Assembly: GCA_007280315.1 (NCBI GenBank)
Contig: QYQC01000080.1
Span: forward strand, 1 to 45,241
Length of the DNA: 45,241 nucleotides
Origin: Betaproteobacteria bacterium
GTDB lineage: Bacteria > Pseudomonadota > Gammaproteobacteria > Burkholderiales > SG8-39
Reading direction: 5' to 3'
Part shown: positions 44,139 through 45,241 of the stretch, in pieces
Layout of the letters: each line of letters starts with the position of its first letter
Numbering within the stretch: the stretch's first letter is position 1
The notes under the pieces: model-generated
Databases searched by the model: none
What the model saw: the letters and a program-made list of their open reading frames with translations, nothing else
What the model was told of the DNA's origin: nothing
Made by a program: the position numbers and the translations under genes

Positions 44139-45116
44139 ATGCCACCAGAACCACAGCCCTCACCACTGATTCCCCACGTCGAATTCAAGGCGGTGGTGCT
44201 GCTCGCGCTGATGCTGGCGATCGTGGGCGGCTTTCTCCTCTACGTCATGTACGCGCGCGGCGTTTTCGAGAGCACGCAGCGCCTGGTGTTGATCGCCGAC
44301 GATTCCGAGGGCGCCAAGGTCGGCATGGACCTGACCTTTTCCGGCTTCCCGATCGGCCGCGTCAAACGCATCGAACTGGCCGAGGACGGCAAGGCGCGCA
44401 TTCTGATCGACGTACCGCGCCAGGATGCCCGCTGGCTGCGCGTTTCCACGATATTTACCATGGAGCGCGGCCTGGTCGGCGATCCGCGCATCCGTGCCTT
44501 TACCGGCGTACTGGAGGACCCGCCCCTGCCCGATGGCGCCATGCGCCCGGTGCTGCGCGGCGATGCGAGCGCGGAGATTCCGCGCCTGATCGCCACCATG
44601 CGCGCCCTGCTCGAAAACCTGGAGCACATGTCGAGTGAAGGGTCGAATCTGAGCGCCAGCCTGGCCAACGTGCAGACCGTCACCGAACGCATGAAAGGCC
44701 GCCACGGCGCGCTGGCGGGCGTGCTGGGTAGCGAGGAAAACGCGAAAAAAGTGATCACCGCGCTCGATCGCACCAATGCGCTGCTCGCCTCCGTGGGCGA
44801 GGTGTCGAACCGGCTGGATCGCATTATCGTCAAGACCGACGAGCGCGTGTTCGGCACCGCGGGCGTGATGGACGAGACGCAAAAGAGCATGGTGCAGCTG
44901 AACGCGATGCTGCGCGATGCGCGCGACAGCCTGAAGAAAGCCGACGCGGTGCTGGCAGAGGCGCAGGCGATCGGCGCGAACGCGCGCGCGGCCACCACCG
45001 ACCTCGGCGCACTGCGCGCCGAGGTGGAGGCGAGCCTGCGTAAAGTCGCGCACCTGGTGGACGAGATCAACCGCAAATGGCCGTTCGCGCGCGACGCGGA
45101 GTTGAAGCTGCCATGA
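44139..45116 (+). CDS. MlaD/MCE-domain protein with extended C-terminal helical region
   Basis: N-terminal TM anchor, then the MCE fold segment (GMDLTFSGFPIGRVKRIEL...ARILIDV), then a long helical tail. Confidence 0.78.
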   Translation: MPPEPQPSPLIPHVEFKAVVLLALMLAIVGGFLLYVMYARGVFESTQRLVLIADDSEGAKVGMDLTFSGFPIGRVKRIELAEDGKARILIDVPRQDARWLRVSTIFTMERGLVGDPRIRAFTGVLEDPPLPDGAMRPVLRGDASAEIPRLIATMRALLENLEHMSSEGSNLSASLANVQTVTERMKGRHGALAGVLGSEENAKKVITALDRTNALLASVGEVSNRLDRIIVKTDERVFGTAGVMDETQKSMVQLNAMLRDARDSLKKADAVLAEAQAIGANARAATTDLGALRAEVEASLRKVAHLVDEINRKWPFARDAELKLP

Positions 45117-45241
45117 GGGCGCCGATCCTCGCCGCGACACTTTTACTCACCGCCTGCGCCGGTGCACCGGCGCCGCCCGGCTGGCAGATGGACGCGCAGG
45201 ATGCGCTGCGCAATTTCACGGCTGCGTATTTCAGCGGCAAC
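45113..45241 (+). CDS. Lipoprotein, 5' part (ABC-type transport auxiliary / PqiC-like candidate); runs off the window end
   Basis: The ATG overlaps the preceding stop (ATGA). Lipobox LLLTAC. The position after an MCE gene is typical of the auxiliary lipoprotein. Confidence 0.45.
   Translation, partial: MRAPILAATLLLTACAGAPAPPGWQMDAQDALRNFTAAYFSGN

Overview
High-G+C chromosomal segment, Betaproteobacteria-like by protein signatures, densely packed with oxyanion and molybdenum/tungsten-enzyme genes. All functional calls rest on motifs read in the supplied translations and recalled family knowledge; no database search was run.

Gene order from left to right:
- clpB 5' end with a sigma-32-type promoter.
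- A possible membrane-lipid trio: dgkA, a GT4 glycosyltransferase and a PAP2 phosphatase.
- A PilZ protein.
- A 785-aa PhoX/DUF839-like lipoprotein.
- A patch at about 7.35-9.43 kb that looks lower in G+C by eye. It holds a decayed thiolase remnant, three orphan ORFs and a pair of inverted DnaA boxes.
- arsC plus an aquaglyceroporin.
- The complete Pho core, pstSCAB-phoU-phoB-phoR, with a Pho box.
- A long minus-strand run: two tupA paralogues, tupB, tupC, mobB, moeA, moaD, moaE, crcB and a DUF190 gene.
- A divergent ModE-N/PBP-like regulator.
- A rhodanese-ChrB fusion plus chrA.
- DUF1330 and cupin genes.
- A 10-gene Tat-dependent, Cys-type formate dehydrogenase locus: DUF3305, DUF3306, a 712-aa polyferredoxin, a TorD-like chaperone, a small Tat-signal protein, FDH alpha, FDH beta, a small lipoprotein, FDH gamma and a small secreted protein, followed by sodC.
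- moaA and fdhD.
- A 305-bp convergent spacer with three related perfect hairpins.
- An EamA transporter.
- A MobA-MoeA fusion gene.
- An mlaE/mlaD-like operon that lacks an ATPase gene.

Many neighbouring genes overlap by 1-4 nt (ATGA, GTGA or TAATG junctions), which suggests translational coupling.

The most interesting candidates are:
- the uncharacterised accessory module of the FDH locus;
- the duplicated and divergent TupA binding proteins, together with the two MoeA paralogues, one of them fused to MobA;
- the orphan-gene and DnaA-box patch;
- the hairpin cluster.

No rRNA, tRNA, CRISPR array, transposase or integrase was recognised.
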